A stretch of 63,343 bases of DNA, filler included, from Choristocarpus tenellus KU-1152 (lineage: Eukaryota; Protista; Phaeophyceae), in NCBI GenBank assembly GCA_964200185.2. It is 11 parts of 11 records of this genome, joined end to end, with 100 filler letters (N's around TTAATTAATTAA, not from the genome) between each part and the next. Parts side by side here need not be neighbours in the genome. Positions count along the whole stretch, not along the records: positions 42,663 to 49,599 come from CAXNAD020007016.1; positions 49,700 to 56,334 come from CAXNAD020007694.1; positions 56,435 to 63,343 come from CAXNAD020007086.1; 8 more parts are not named here. One strand, written 5' to 3'. Made by a program: the position numbers and the translations under genes. Below, one piece after another: positions 49,341 through 60,626 of the stretch. Under the pieces are notes generated by a model that saw only the letters and a program-made list of their open reading frames with translations, ran no database searches and was not told the DNA's origin. How positions within the stretch are numbered: the stretch's first letter is position 1; every line of letters starts with the position of its first letter.

Positions 49341-51879
49341 CCTCTCCTTCCTCCCTATCAGTGACCCTTCATCTTAATCCGATACATGTATCATAAAAGC
49401 TACAGCACCAAACTAGAAGTGGGTGATGCCCACCCCCAACTCTATGGCTGCTTCAGACTCACAAACCTCTGGTCTCGGTTCCTCACCCTTCTGTGTATAG
49501 CTCAGCTTGTCACCTACCCGATTATGTGATGAGAGACCAACTGACCATCTACCTTTGCGACACCCTGCTACACCCACTTCTCCCCCCCACCCCCCCACCN
49601 NNNNNNNNNNNNNNNNNNNNNNNNNNNNNNNNNNNNNNNNNNNTTAATTAATTAANNNNNNNNNNNNNNNNNNNNNNNNNNNNNNNNNNNNNNNNNNNNC
49701 AAATGGACAGCCGCCACCCCCTCCCAGATACTTTGAGCCATCTGGAGTATGTGCTCATGTAGTTTCACAGGGGGGAGATAGTTGCAGTTTTTCTCCCATT
49801 CTGGACCATGAAAGAATACAACTGTATCACAGTTCACAGGACTTGAAATATGTACCATGTGAAACAGATGGAAAACAAGCCGACAGGAGGCAAGGAAAAG
49901 GAGAGAAACAAGGCAAGAGGGAGAGCAATTCCTCAGAAGATCACTCACGAAAAGAGTGAAGAAGTGGAAAGTGAATGAGAGGGGGTTTTAAGATCCCCTC
50001 AAACCACCCGCTATTTACTTCAAGCAGATGTTACCTTCAACATGCCAAAACAAATGCCATATGAATAACAGATTCTTCAACATAGGTTACCTTCAAGGCA
50101 TACCCTCTATGGAAGATAGCTCTCACAACCACAGGTATTATTTATACACCAAAAGTAGACTACAACTAGTTATTCAGTTCACTAGACTCTTTGTGTATCA
50201 AAGCACACGTAAACACCACCAACTTTGGTAGGAAAGCCAAAGAGGACACAAGATACTGAAGCAATTCCATCGTATTTTACAAGTACTATATCGGTTGCAA
50301 ATAAAGGAGGACGATGAAGAGCAACTAAACATAGGTTGCATAATTCGGGTGTCTGAGAAACGTAGAGTGCGAGGAAAGAGAACAGCCACAGATAATTAGT
50401 AGTGGCACATTGTTCTTGTTGTGTGGAATGATCTGCCCCAACCCCCATTCTCCCCACAACTCGATGCGCAGGAGGCTGAAGCGCATTGTGGTTTACACAA
50501 CAGTGTGGTCAGCAATCACAGTGAGCGTATACTTCTACTGAGAGTATATGTGTTGTAAGATGACGCCATTTAGTCACACAGAGTAAGTCCTAGGGAAAAG
50601 AACAAAACAAATAGAAACATGTGTCTAGCTGTTGTTTTGAATGCTGGTAAAAAACCTAGACGGGGTCCATTTTTCCATGTCGCGATTTTTGGGTGATTTG
50701 GTTGCATGCGTCGGATGGATAATGCAAGTTCACTTCTCCTGGTCAGGGCCCGAATGGACACCCTGGTGTAGAGTTCCCCCCACACAGTTACGTTGAGTCT
50801 TTCTTTGTTAGTACCAGTATCGCTCAAGAACTGTTCCTCTTCTCTTGCTCCACCTTCACTAACCCGTGTTCAATGCCGCCAAGGACATGCGTTCCTCTAA
50901 TAGATCGCCTTCTTTATCAATGTCCATCTCGTCAGAATCTTCCAACATAACCCATTTCAGTTCACTCCTCAACAAGGAAATATTCCACCCTCCCATTATT
51001 GTATGGGGGAGCATTTCACTTCATGAACTCCAGGTATACTTCCTCAGTTCAATTCCACTTGAGAAACCTCGTTGACGGTACTGTCACTGAGCGCCTCCAT
51101 CCAATTCTCCTTTCAGGATTATTTTCGGCTTGGTTCCTTGCCAAGTCCGAGTGGTCAACATCGCTCAGTGTTATCGCAATCTCACCTCTGTTACCGGGTT
51201 CGTCTAGACTATAGAGCTCAGCACTATCCTCTGTTGGACTCCTTGCCAACGATATTTTTGAGCGCCCAACCCTCCCAGGGCCGCGTGGATTCCTTCGAGG
51301 AGACCTTCACCTGTCCCTACACTCGACGGTGAAGTTTCTGATATGCGGTGACTTCTTCCTTGCACGTAGAATGTCGCGATATCTAGCGTTGTGCTGGCGT
51401 TCTGTGTCCTGATACAAGTATACAATACACTGTGACAGTTTCATGTACGTTTATGTCATGTTCGCTACAATACATAGTATTGTACATATATAACTATAAT
51501 TAATCATTTTTATGGGTCAAGCATCGACTGACGCAACCAACAACACATAAAACTTTATTGACATCAGTGTAGGTTTACCACGATAACCGCCAGCAGTTCT
51601 TGGCGACGAGCCTTTAGACGCGAAGCTTGACAACATAGCAACACCTTTCCTCAGTACCAGAACGAGACACTCAGCTTATACTATGTATATAATATTTTAG
51701 TGACGATGATCCCCACAACTCCTCAGAAATTTGTGTACGATTCCACAATTCGGAATGAAGTAAATTGTTCTTGTCCATATATCCATTGAAACAAGGGTTA
51801 TTTGGAGATCTCGAAAAAAGTGCCTTAAAATGAAAAGAGCCAAAACTTGTGTACCTCTCGTTTACTTTGACTCAGGACT

Positions 51880-52530
51880 GTTTGCACCGAACCCTATGGG
51901 AGGCAAGTATGATTGAGAAGGTGTTGACCCCGTCCATAATCACTGAGGCTGAATTCAGGGCAGTGGCAGCAGCTTTGAAGGACGTGGTCGGGCAGTACTT
52001 GCAAGAATGATCAAAGATTAATTCGTTGAGGTACAGCAATAACCTCCTATTGCGATATTTATATCCGAGTCCAAGGGGTTTACAACATTATTGGAACAAA
52101 GGTTTTAGTGAATTTCAACCAGAGACTCTTCAAGTAGTTGCTGATCACTACACTATAGAGCACGTACAGGACTTTCTCCGTATATTGACAGAGAAGTCCT
52201 CCTTCTTGGTGACTTGAGTGGGATAAGACGAAATATTCGTTCAGGATTTGGAAAAAAGGGATGGTGTTCACTAGTTCTTGTCCAGCATTACTAAACCTGT
52301 ATCTGCATCCTACCCAACACCTGAGTCGGAGGTGTGGGCTAGAAGAGGTGGAGGAGGAGAAGCTAACAGAGCTCAATGGCACGGTGGAGAGGAGTCTTCA
52401 CAGTAGTAAAAGAAGTGTAAACGCGAGAGTGATACTTCTAAAATGTGACTTGTTGCATGCAGTCTGAGATAAAACCTACAGTTGAAATACTTGACCAATC
52501 TGGTCATGGTGTACATCACACACTACCTTG
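51880..52530 (+). pseudogene. Decayed ORF, possibly a hAT-type transposase C-terminus
   Basis: Interrupted frames with CPALLNLY and NGTVERS, weakly like the hAT dimerisation domain. Confidence 0.25.
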
Positions 52531-52835
52531 CTGCTTGGGGGGAAGATGCTAATGTTTTCTCCATCTTGATGCTCCACACCCTCTACATATCTGTTTTGAA
52601 TTGGTGAAACAATGTTCCAATGTTCACAGAAATCCATCCTGGATCAAGAACTAAACTGGAAAATCGCCCAGATATCTCAATATACTGTTAATAGAGTTTT
52701 AATAGATAATATGATCTCACTTTGCGCGCGCGTATTTTATTGGGAATACGCACGGTCGGCGACTCTAATTAAAGGACACATCGATCACTACAAAGTAGTA
52801 GTCAATAAGTGAGAAGGAGAAGCGAACGTGGAACC

Positions 52836-55278
52836 ATGTGCGGGAGAGTATATGCCGCGTTGCTGCTTGGGGCGTTGGTTGGTGTGGCATCAGCTGCAGA
52901 TGTAGCGCTCACACCTGAAGAGTGCCACCGCCCGTTCCCCACCTTTGTTTGGACAGGGACAGAAGCTGGCGAGTTGGCCAAGGTGCAGTACAATTGAATA
53001 CATGGAAAATATGCTGTTGAATGCTTTATCTGGACGAGTAAAACGACATAACAATTTCTATGGAAGAATTTCAACAGTAAAGTTGCCATTGTCCATGTGC
53101 TTGCATGGTCGGAGTGGAGGTAGTTAGCACCTAGACGCCACCATGTTGGCTTCTGTTTGTGACCATGTCCGACCCCCCTGGTCACCGTCGTACGGAAGCA
53201 TCATCTGAATCATCTCTTTACCACCCTTTGGCACTTAAACCTCCTCTTCCCTTTGTCCAATGTCCAGCTTGGGTACCAGCACCAAGCCATGGATGCTGAG
53301 GACGTCTTCGGCGTTGTGATGGAAGCAGCCTTGGATGTATCATCCATTGAGTCGGTGGTCGTGGTTCTCTCGGAGGTATGTCCTTCCATGAAGTTACATA
53401 CCTGTCGCATGTAATACTCTCGGCGTAGATAAGTAGGGTCTTTCGCCCTCATCCTTGTTGTCAGTTCAGCTCAAAGCTAATACTCGTACCCAGCTGAATT
53501 TCAGAGGAATCTTATTGCGTCTTTGTTTGTATTAGGATTTCCTCCTGTTCATTTCTCCCTCCAAAGCAGACATTATCGTGAGGCCTTGCCGTGACCCTAT
53601 GGTGATTCTCATGGTTGTTGCACCCTTTTGGATGTTGCTCTTTACCCTCACAAGTAAGATGAAACAGAAATGTGACCGTGTTGTCTTCGACGGTTCTTTT
53701 TTGAAAGTCAAACCTCAACCTCCCCCCACTTTCTCCTTCTGTGCATGTTGTTGTGTCTTTGTGGAGTCTAGGGCGAGGCATACTCTACATCGAGTGTGAG
53801 CGCTGCTGCTGGTGGAGCCTCAAGAGGGGGTGCCACGCTCCATGCCCAGTCTGCAGCAAGCACCTTCCCCTACACTTACCCTTCCGCCAACGCACTTAGT
53901 GAGGTAGAGTATCTAGCTCATATATTGCTGTTTGTTTGAGTTATTGGTATCCTAACTTTGAGAAACTGCAAGTACATCTCCCTTCTTTCTGCAAGAGGGT
54001 ATTGCACCTGTGCTGAGTCTCTTTCCCACCACATCACCTAACTTATTAATATCTCCCTCGCTTATACCACTGCTATGGTGTGCTATATATATATATATAT
54101 AGTCTCCTTCAAACCATTTAATTGCTTTGGCTAAATCTAATTGATGTTCCCGTAGCCATTGCCATGTGTGCTTTGACTTTTGACTTGGAAACTGGACTTG
54201 AAGAGAACCGACAACCATCTTTCTGTGCACACATTAGCAAAGCTATGAGGGAGTACAGTGAGGCCCTGATTAGAATAAGTTTGTGTGGGATTCTGTTTAG
54301 CATGCTTCGCTTTATTGTATTATTTATACAAAGGAGCCATTGAACAGTAATATTTTTTACCTCTAATTCTAGTTTACGAGTATTTCTAAACATGCATCTA
54401 CTTCGTTTGGTAGGGATGAGGGTAGGAACCAAGGGCTGAGACGAACACAAAACAGCTCCTGCTGTTGTGAGATTGAATTTTCAATCTCTTGTCAATAATA
54501 TCCAACACTTGCAACATTCATTCTATTGTGAACTAGGCAGTTCTCCCCTTCCCCACCCTCCATCATGCGATGAGAGTAAATGAGGTCAAGAAGTGAGGAT
54601 GTATGTTGCTCTGGAAGTGGTGTACTTCTTTTGGGTACAAGTAGTAGTGGGAGTGGCATATCTTCGAGCTGCTTGCTCTGAGTCCCATTAAAACCCTTAA
54701 CATGCTCTGGCGTTCTCCCTTCCATTAAGCCACTGCGTGTAACTTGGAAGGCGCAAGCCATAGTGTTCTTCGTCCTGCTAAAAATAAAAAAATACATACT
54801 GAACCTTCGTCCTTGCAGTAGGGTTGCATCGGGCCCTCTCAGAGGCGTAGTACTCTCTGCCATGCTGTCTCAACCTTTCAAGCTGTATCTCCTTCTGATC
54901 CTCATGCTCTGAAGTATCAAAGTAGTCAAGAACCCGTGTTGTTGCAGTAACTGATTTCGAACAGCCACCTGTTTTTCCACACAGGACAGTTGGTCGAGAG
55001 AGATTGTTCTGGATGTGTTGCCCACTTGCTTCGTCCGAGATTTTTTATTATTGTTGTGTGTGTGCGGCCCCACCCACAAAAAAAATATTTTTTTCTGAAA
55101 CTGAAACCCCCCCGTCCCGTCCCGTCCCATACAGGTGGTGAACGAGGTGACAACAAAGGCTGGCTTTCAGTTCAAGGTCTCCTCATTGGAGGAGGCGTTG
55201 GTGTCCTCGACGGTCAAGCATGAGGAAGGCGTGATTGACTGCGTACTCGTAAAGGCGCCTTCCGAGGCATCTGTATCT
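52836..55278 (+). CDS. Secretory-pathway protein, possibly V-ATPase accessory subunit S1 (Ac45/VOA1)-like, 5' exons
   Basis: Four phase-0 exons: 52836-52982, 53268-53375, 53772-53903 and 55135-55278. Signal peptide ending VASA-A, plus PTFVW and FPYTY motifs. The gene model is solid but the family assignment is tentative. Confidence 0.55.
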
Positions 55279-56099
55279 GTGAGCCCTGACATAGACATGT
55301 GTGGAAACTTGTATGTTGAATCTCTGGTTTTTGTGTTGGTATTATTGTTTTTTTATTTTTTGTGACCGGGTAAGTGCGCGTTGGAGAGGCAGAGGTGCAA
55401 AGGGTGGTGATTGTGATAGTACAATGCAGGGCATAGGCATCTGTTGGTTGGCCTTTTATGTGGGGGAGACCCTTGGGACCTCTCTTGCTTGGTTGCTCGT
55501 TGGTCTTCAGAGGGAGATTATCGTAACCTTGGGTGGCTCAAACCATATTTGTCTTTGCCTTTCCCTGCCTGGTGATCTCAGCTCACTAACAGCAAGTTGT
55601 GATCTAGCTCACTAACATATTTGCTTTCATTGGGTTACGTCGTCCGTCTGAGGGAGATGGCGTTTCTTAGGACAAAAGGTTGGGTAAGAGGTGTTGATGC
55701 TGGGTTCCTGAAGTTTGTGATGTGTCGTCGGTGTTGCATCAATTCCTACTGATTACTTGTCTGTCTTGAAGAATGTCAAGTGATTCCACGAAATCGTTGT
55801 GTTATTGTGTTGGTTTTTACATTCCCTAGCTCAAAAACATTCAAACCTGTGCATCCTTACGGCGTTTTCTCCTTTTGAGAAGATGAGTTCAAGTTCCCCC
55901 TTATAGACTGTATTGCTGAGGCCTCCCCTTCCAGTTTTCCCAAACGAAGCCTTGGATGTCTTCTCTTCCTCTAGCGTTTGACGACTCCTCGGATCTGATC
56001 TCGTGAGATGTCAGTGTAGTCGTATTCAAGTGTTACGATAAGTCCAGGGTCACATCATAGTGGCACTGTCTCTTGAAGAAAGGAGATACAATCTTTAAT

Positions 56100-56334
56100 G
56101 AGTGAAAGTATCTCAGAGGGTAAGAGTTTTGCCCTGTCTGTCCATTTGGGACTTGGCTTCCCACGGGATTTTTAAATGACGTTTTAGCTACTCCGAGTAG
56201 GTCAAAAGGTATACCTTATGAAAACGTGTGTCCGGAACAAGGATGTTGACACTTCCTAACAAACGCGCAATAGCCAAAATTACATCAAAATTGGAACGTT
56301 GGATTTTGGCCCCCAAACGGACGCAATTCCCCCC
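56100..56334. mobile_element. MITE family 2 copy truncated by the contig end
   Basis: Colinear with 43413-43670. Confidence 0.8.
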
Positions 56335-56646
56335 NNNNNNNNNNNNNNNNNNNNNNNNNNNNNNNNNNNNNNNNNNNNTTAATTAATTAANNNNNNNNNN
56401 NNNNNNNNNNNNNNNNNNNNNNNNNNNNNNNNNNTTTTTTTCATTTCTGACACAGTTTTTTTTTTTTTTCAAACAATAGAGAGATCGGTGCCAATGGAGT
56501 CAGATCTTTACGATTCATCCATACAAAATAAAATAAATATAGGGGCGAATCGCAAAAGATGAAAAAAGAAAAAGAAAAAAAGAGGGGCCTATAAAAAGAA
56601 AAAGAGAGGTCAAAACCTAACAACCTCCCTCTTAGGCCATTCTCGT

Positions 56647-56901
56647 TTACTGTTGCACTTCGGGGTATGGGATGTAAGACAGCGGGGACTCAGGTGCAGC
56701 GAGAATGGCTAGGGTTTCTTTCACCTCACTTGCACAACTCTGCACAGGTTTGTGGTTCTTCTTGAACAGGAAGGTGACCTTGCGCCCCTTTGATACTAGG
56801 AAGCCCACTGAACCAAAGGCCAAGCGCAGTGAGTCTCCTGCCTTAATCATCCTTCCAAGCGTTTTGAATATAGACTCTGGAGCAACAGCGTGGACATGCA
56901 C
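56647..56901 (-). CDS. Exon encoding a CCDC81-like HU domain
   Basis: After the acceptor CCCTACAG, ESIFKTLGRMIKAGDSLRLAFGSVGFLVSKGRKVTFLF has the HU-like helix/strand pattern of CCDC81. Confidence 0.45.
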   Translation of the reverse strand: MHVHAVAPESIFKTLGRMIKAGDSLRLAFGSVGFLVSKGRKVTFLFKKNHKPVQSCASEVKETLAILAAPESPLSYIPYPEVQQ

Positions 56902-57859
56902 TGTAGGGTGAGTGAGAAGGGTTGGAGTGCCTGGGTCGTTTTGATGACATCATCGGGAGGATATTAGTATCCTTACGTTTTTCTACATAATAGGTGATGG
57001 ACTCAAAAATATCATATTTCTAATCTGCTAGCAGCGATGTGAATACTGCCATCGGTAGGAGATATAATTTCTGCATGTGGATTATAGCAGGTATGTATGA
57101 GATGTCAATAATGCAAAACATGATAGTGTAGTCCTCACCACCAGAGCCCATATGATGGATGAGACTAGGACTGCTGCAAAATCTAATCTCCCCGGAGAAG
57201 AATCCACCTTCATCACAGAAACTTCTTTCCATGCAGCCTATCCCCACTGCAGCTTAATGTGAAGGTTACTTCACTCTCTCTGTACATATACATACATACT
57301 GGGGAGTACTTTGAGTTTGGGAATAGTATGTACTACATACAGGATGATTGGACAAACTTAGTTGGAGATCAAGAAAATGGTTTTTCAAGCAGCATATCCT
57401 TCTTGGTGCACCTCATATCCTTCTTGGTGCACCTCCCCTGTCCGTAGATTGTTCTTGTGAAGTAAAGCACGACTTCTAATCCATCAGCCACCCTCCACCA
57501 ATAGTCTCATAGGTTATTTGGATCATCAAAGTAGAGTACTAGGTATAATTGTATGTTCTTTGACTTGTAAATACTTGTGGTTAGAGAGCTAACCCTAGAA
57601 TAATATGATGAGGCATTGTGGTCTGCTGACTGACTGGCTACCTGGTGTCTGCATCCACATGTAGTCACATAAGGGCACCATTTTTAGCTTTTATAGTCAA
57701 ATCATCTGCAGCGATCTGTGCCATGAGTGCAAAACACACAATTTTCTAAGTAATAAAATCGGTTTCACTGCCCTTGGTCTTTCCATAATCAAGCAATCTG
57801 TGGTCGCCCATTTCACCCTGCAGCAAATAGCCAGGCATGTCAAACTTTGATGGGGAATG

Positions 57860-58205
57860 TTGAGCACAGCATGCTTGGGCCAAGAGGTCAAGCACCCCCT
57901 TGTGATGAAGAGTGCAAACCCCCCTAACAGTGCACACAGCCTGCTTGGCTCAAGAGATGGAGTGAGAGACCCTTGCAGTGAGAGCATTCACCCCTTCCAA
58001 ACAGTGCATACAGCGTGCTTGCCCCAAGAGGTGAACCAAGAAATCCTTGTGGTGAAGAATGCGAACTTCCCCTTAGTAATGCACACAGCATACTCCCACT
58101 AAAAGAGTGCAAACCTCCCCATAACAGTGCATACAGCATTCTCACCCCAGGTCAAGAACCAAGTGCTCCTTGTTCTGGTGAATGCTGTTAACCCCCCTTC
58201 CTTAG
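57860..58205. repeat. Degenerate tandem repeat, about 5 units of ~50-75 bp
   Basis: Recurring AACAGTGCA(C/T)ACAGC..GCTTG..CAAGAG..CCTTGTG.TGAAGA.TGC.AAC. Confidence 0.75.
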
Positions 58206-58290
58206 CACGTACTAAGTACTGTGTAGTGAATATATCGAGGTCAGAAACCATACAACGGCTACCAATAAACAAGTGATGTTCTGAGCCAAC

Positions 58291-58547
58291 AACTCAAAGT
58301 AAACAAGAAGTACGCAGGGCTTGCATTTTAAAGATGAAAACAAGAGTGTCCATATTTCGGTCTTTTGTACAAAAATGCGTGTAGGGACTTTCCTGAATCC
58401 TGTAGAAAAATTTCAAAGATACAATCAACGCTCTCGAGTCAATCTTAGTACATTTTCCATATAAATATTGGTGAATCACAAAAGATAAAAATGTGGCTTA
58501 AAATGCAAAACAGCCAAAACCTGGGTACCTATCGTTTACTTTGGCTC
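58291..58547. mobile_element. MITE family 3 copy
   Basis: Termini ACTCAAAGTAAAC and GTTTACTTTGGCTC. The interior is similar to 1778-2035 and the length is nearly the same. Confidence 0.7.
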
Positions 58548-60626
58548 AAACCACTTCAATCCTTGCCAAACAAAATGGTTGGACCATAGGTTGGTAGGGT
58601 TCCAATAAGGAGGGGTGGGTGCCTGACAGCAAATAAATTACAACTTTTCACACTGCTCTGCTTCCAGTGACAGCCAAAATGAATTAGTATTCATAACAGT
58701 ATATCCTCCTCTTGGACCTTACTATAAACTGTTTACAAAAGGCATGGCCCCAGAAGGTATCACATTTCATTCTTATGGAGATGTCATTTCAGGGCCACAT
58801 TTTCTGCCATCGAATGGGCGCAGCAGAGAGGTTAGAAGTAGAAGTCTCTGCATTTTGCATCATCAAACCCATGTACTTAAAACTACTCCGCATTAATATG
58901 CCCTATCTGCATGGTCACAATTTCTTTGCATTTTACCAAGACAATAAAGTAATATGGAACATGTAGCTTGACCTATTGCACGGAGGGTGAAGTCCCGACA
59001 GAGACCGGCCATAATGGCCACCCTCACTGGCGTAACTTCTTTTGTAGGAGCAAGTAGCGAATACGCTGGTTGGCAGTAGACCAAACTGTGTGACCGAGCG
59101 AACCTGGTACATAGAGAAGGGTGAGTGTTGAACTCAGGATGGAAGAGATAAAATAGGCCAACTTGACCACTAAGAGCAATTTGCATTCTAACTCTTAGCA
59201 TGCAAATCTTACTGTTGAATAGTCCTGCTCGTTATGCTATTAACTTGCTTATCAGAGAATCTCGGAAAATCTCACAACCCCTTAGCTCTTCAATAAAGAT
59301 AATTATGTATGTGTTCAATTTGGATAGCTCACATATGGCTCACTGATTTGCATCTAAGGCGAAAAAAAGAAAAAAGCATGTTTCTCTCTGCTTTGCTGCG
59401 CTTTTCTCTTACTATGAATTCGTTTGTGCAGCCTTCTAGTCTTACTCGCATTGGGTTCATGATGAAAACCAATCCGTGGTGCCTGAATTGGTTGTCTGCC
59501 TCTCCCCGGCACCTTGCCACGAATGTAATTGTACCCAGCTGCGTAACAAGATGGGAGAATTAGACATTGAAAGGTGCTCATTTTTCTGCAAATATGTTGC
59601 ACATAAAAAAGATTAATTACACTCCATTGGCCGAGCAGTGGGGCAGAGAGAGTACTCGGCAAGAGCGTCACCTGAGGGATTATCACACCCCTAAAAGTGC
59701 GCAGGATATCTTCCGAGCAAGCTATTGTAGCCTCCCATACTCTTCCGTACGCCGTCTCATCAACCCTGTCGCGTTTAGCGCACTGGGAAATCAACTCCTG
59801 GACGCCTGCTGTCATCATTCAGCCAACCATTGAATTCAAAAAGGGGGCCCTCACCCAGTGGCAATTTACTACCTTCAGATTTTTCACTCTCGATATTCCA
59901 ATCCGCTTTGCGCTATATCTAACGACGCCCCTGTAAGTCGCAAGTGCTTAACTTTTATCTCATGCTTCTTTCGTCTCTTGTACAAAGAACTGAAGCAACA
60001 TACAGGGCAGTTAAATATACAATTAGTTGTGCACTTGATACATATTTGGTCGATAGGAAGTTTCATGGTCGAAACGCCTTCTCGGTGATATATTTGTTGA
60101 CCACAAAACAAAATATACAACACAGGTCTCTCTCATGTGGGAAGTGTGAGGTGTCTGAAAATGTTGAATGATCGGATAGAATGGACACCATGCTTCTTCC
60201 CGGAACCAAACGACCAACTATACCTAAGGTGGACGAAGATAGGGGAGACCTTACGCTATTTGGTGAGTGGTGATGAATTCTTGTTCGTAGTGAAGTTGTC
60301 AAAAACCAAAAATGTTCATCTACATACCTTCCACCTCAGGATTTTTGAATTACTTGCGCACAGGAAGTAACCCAGGTCCACACCCAAGACAACAAGACGC
60401 GCTTGCTTTAAAGGCGACGGCCCTAGGTGAGCGCCTGGCAAGAATAGAGAAGGTGGTGAGGATAAGAACAAGGAATGCCGCTGGGAATGAGGGAAGAGGA
60501 CCTGAGGGAAAGCTGGAATTGCTGTTAGGTGAGGTATCGCCTCCCCTATTTGGCCCTCTCGATTGCCAAAAGTAGTCGAGGTCACCCTTTCGCATGTAAT
60601 CTATGTAAAAGGCAACCCTGAAGATA

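Noticed and set aside
50800-51430. Minus-strand gene
   Set aside because: The frames are interrupted and I could not establish a consistent splice model or recognisable domain.
9651-56434. Regularly recurring TTAATTAATTAA palindrome as a biological repeat
   Set aside because: It always sits in identical N44 padding and is an artificial six-frame-stop linker.
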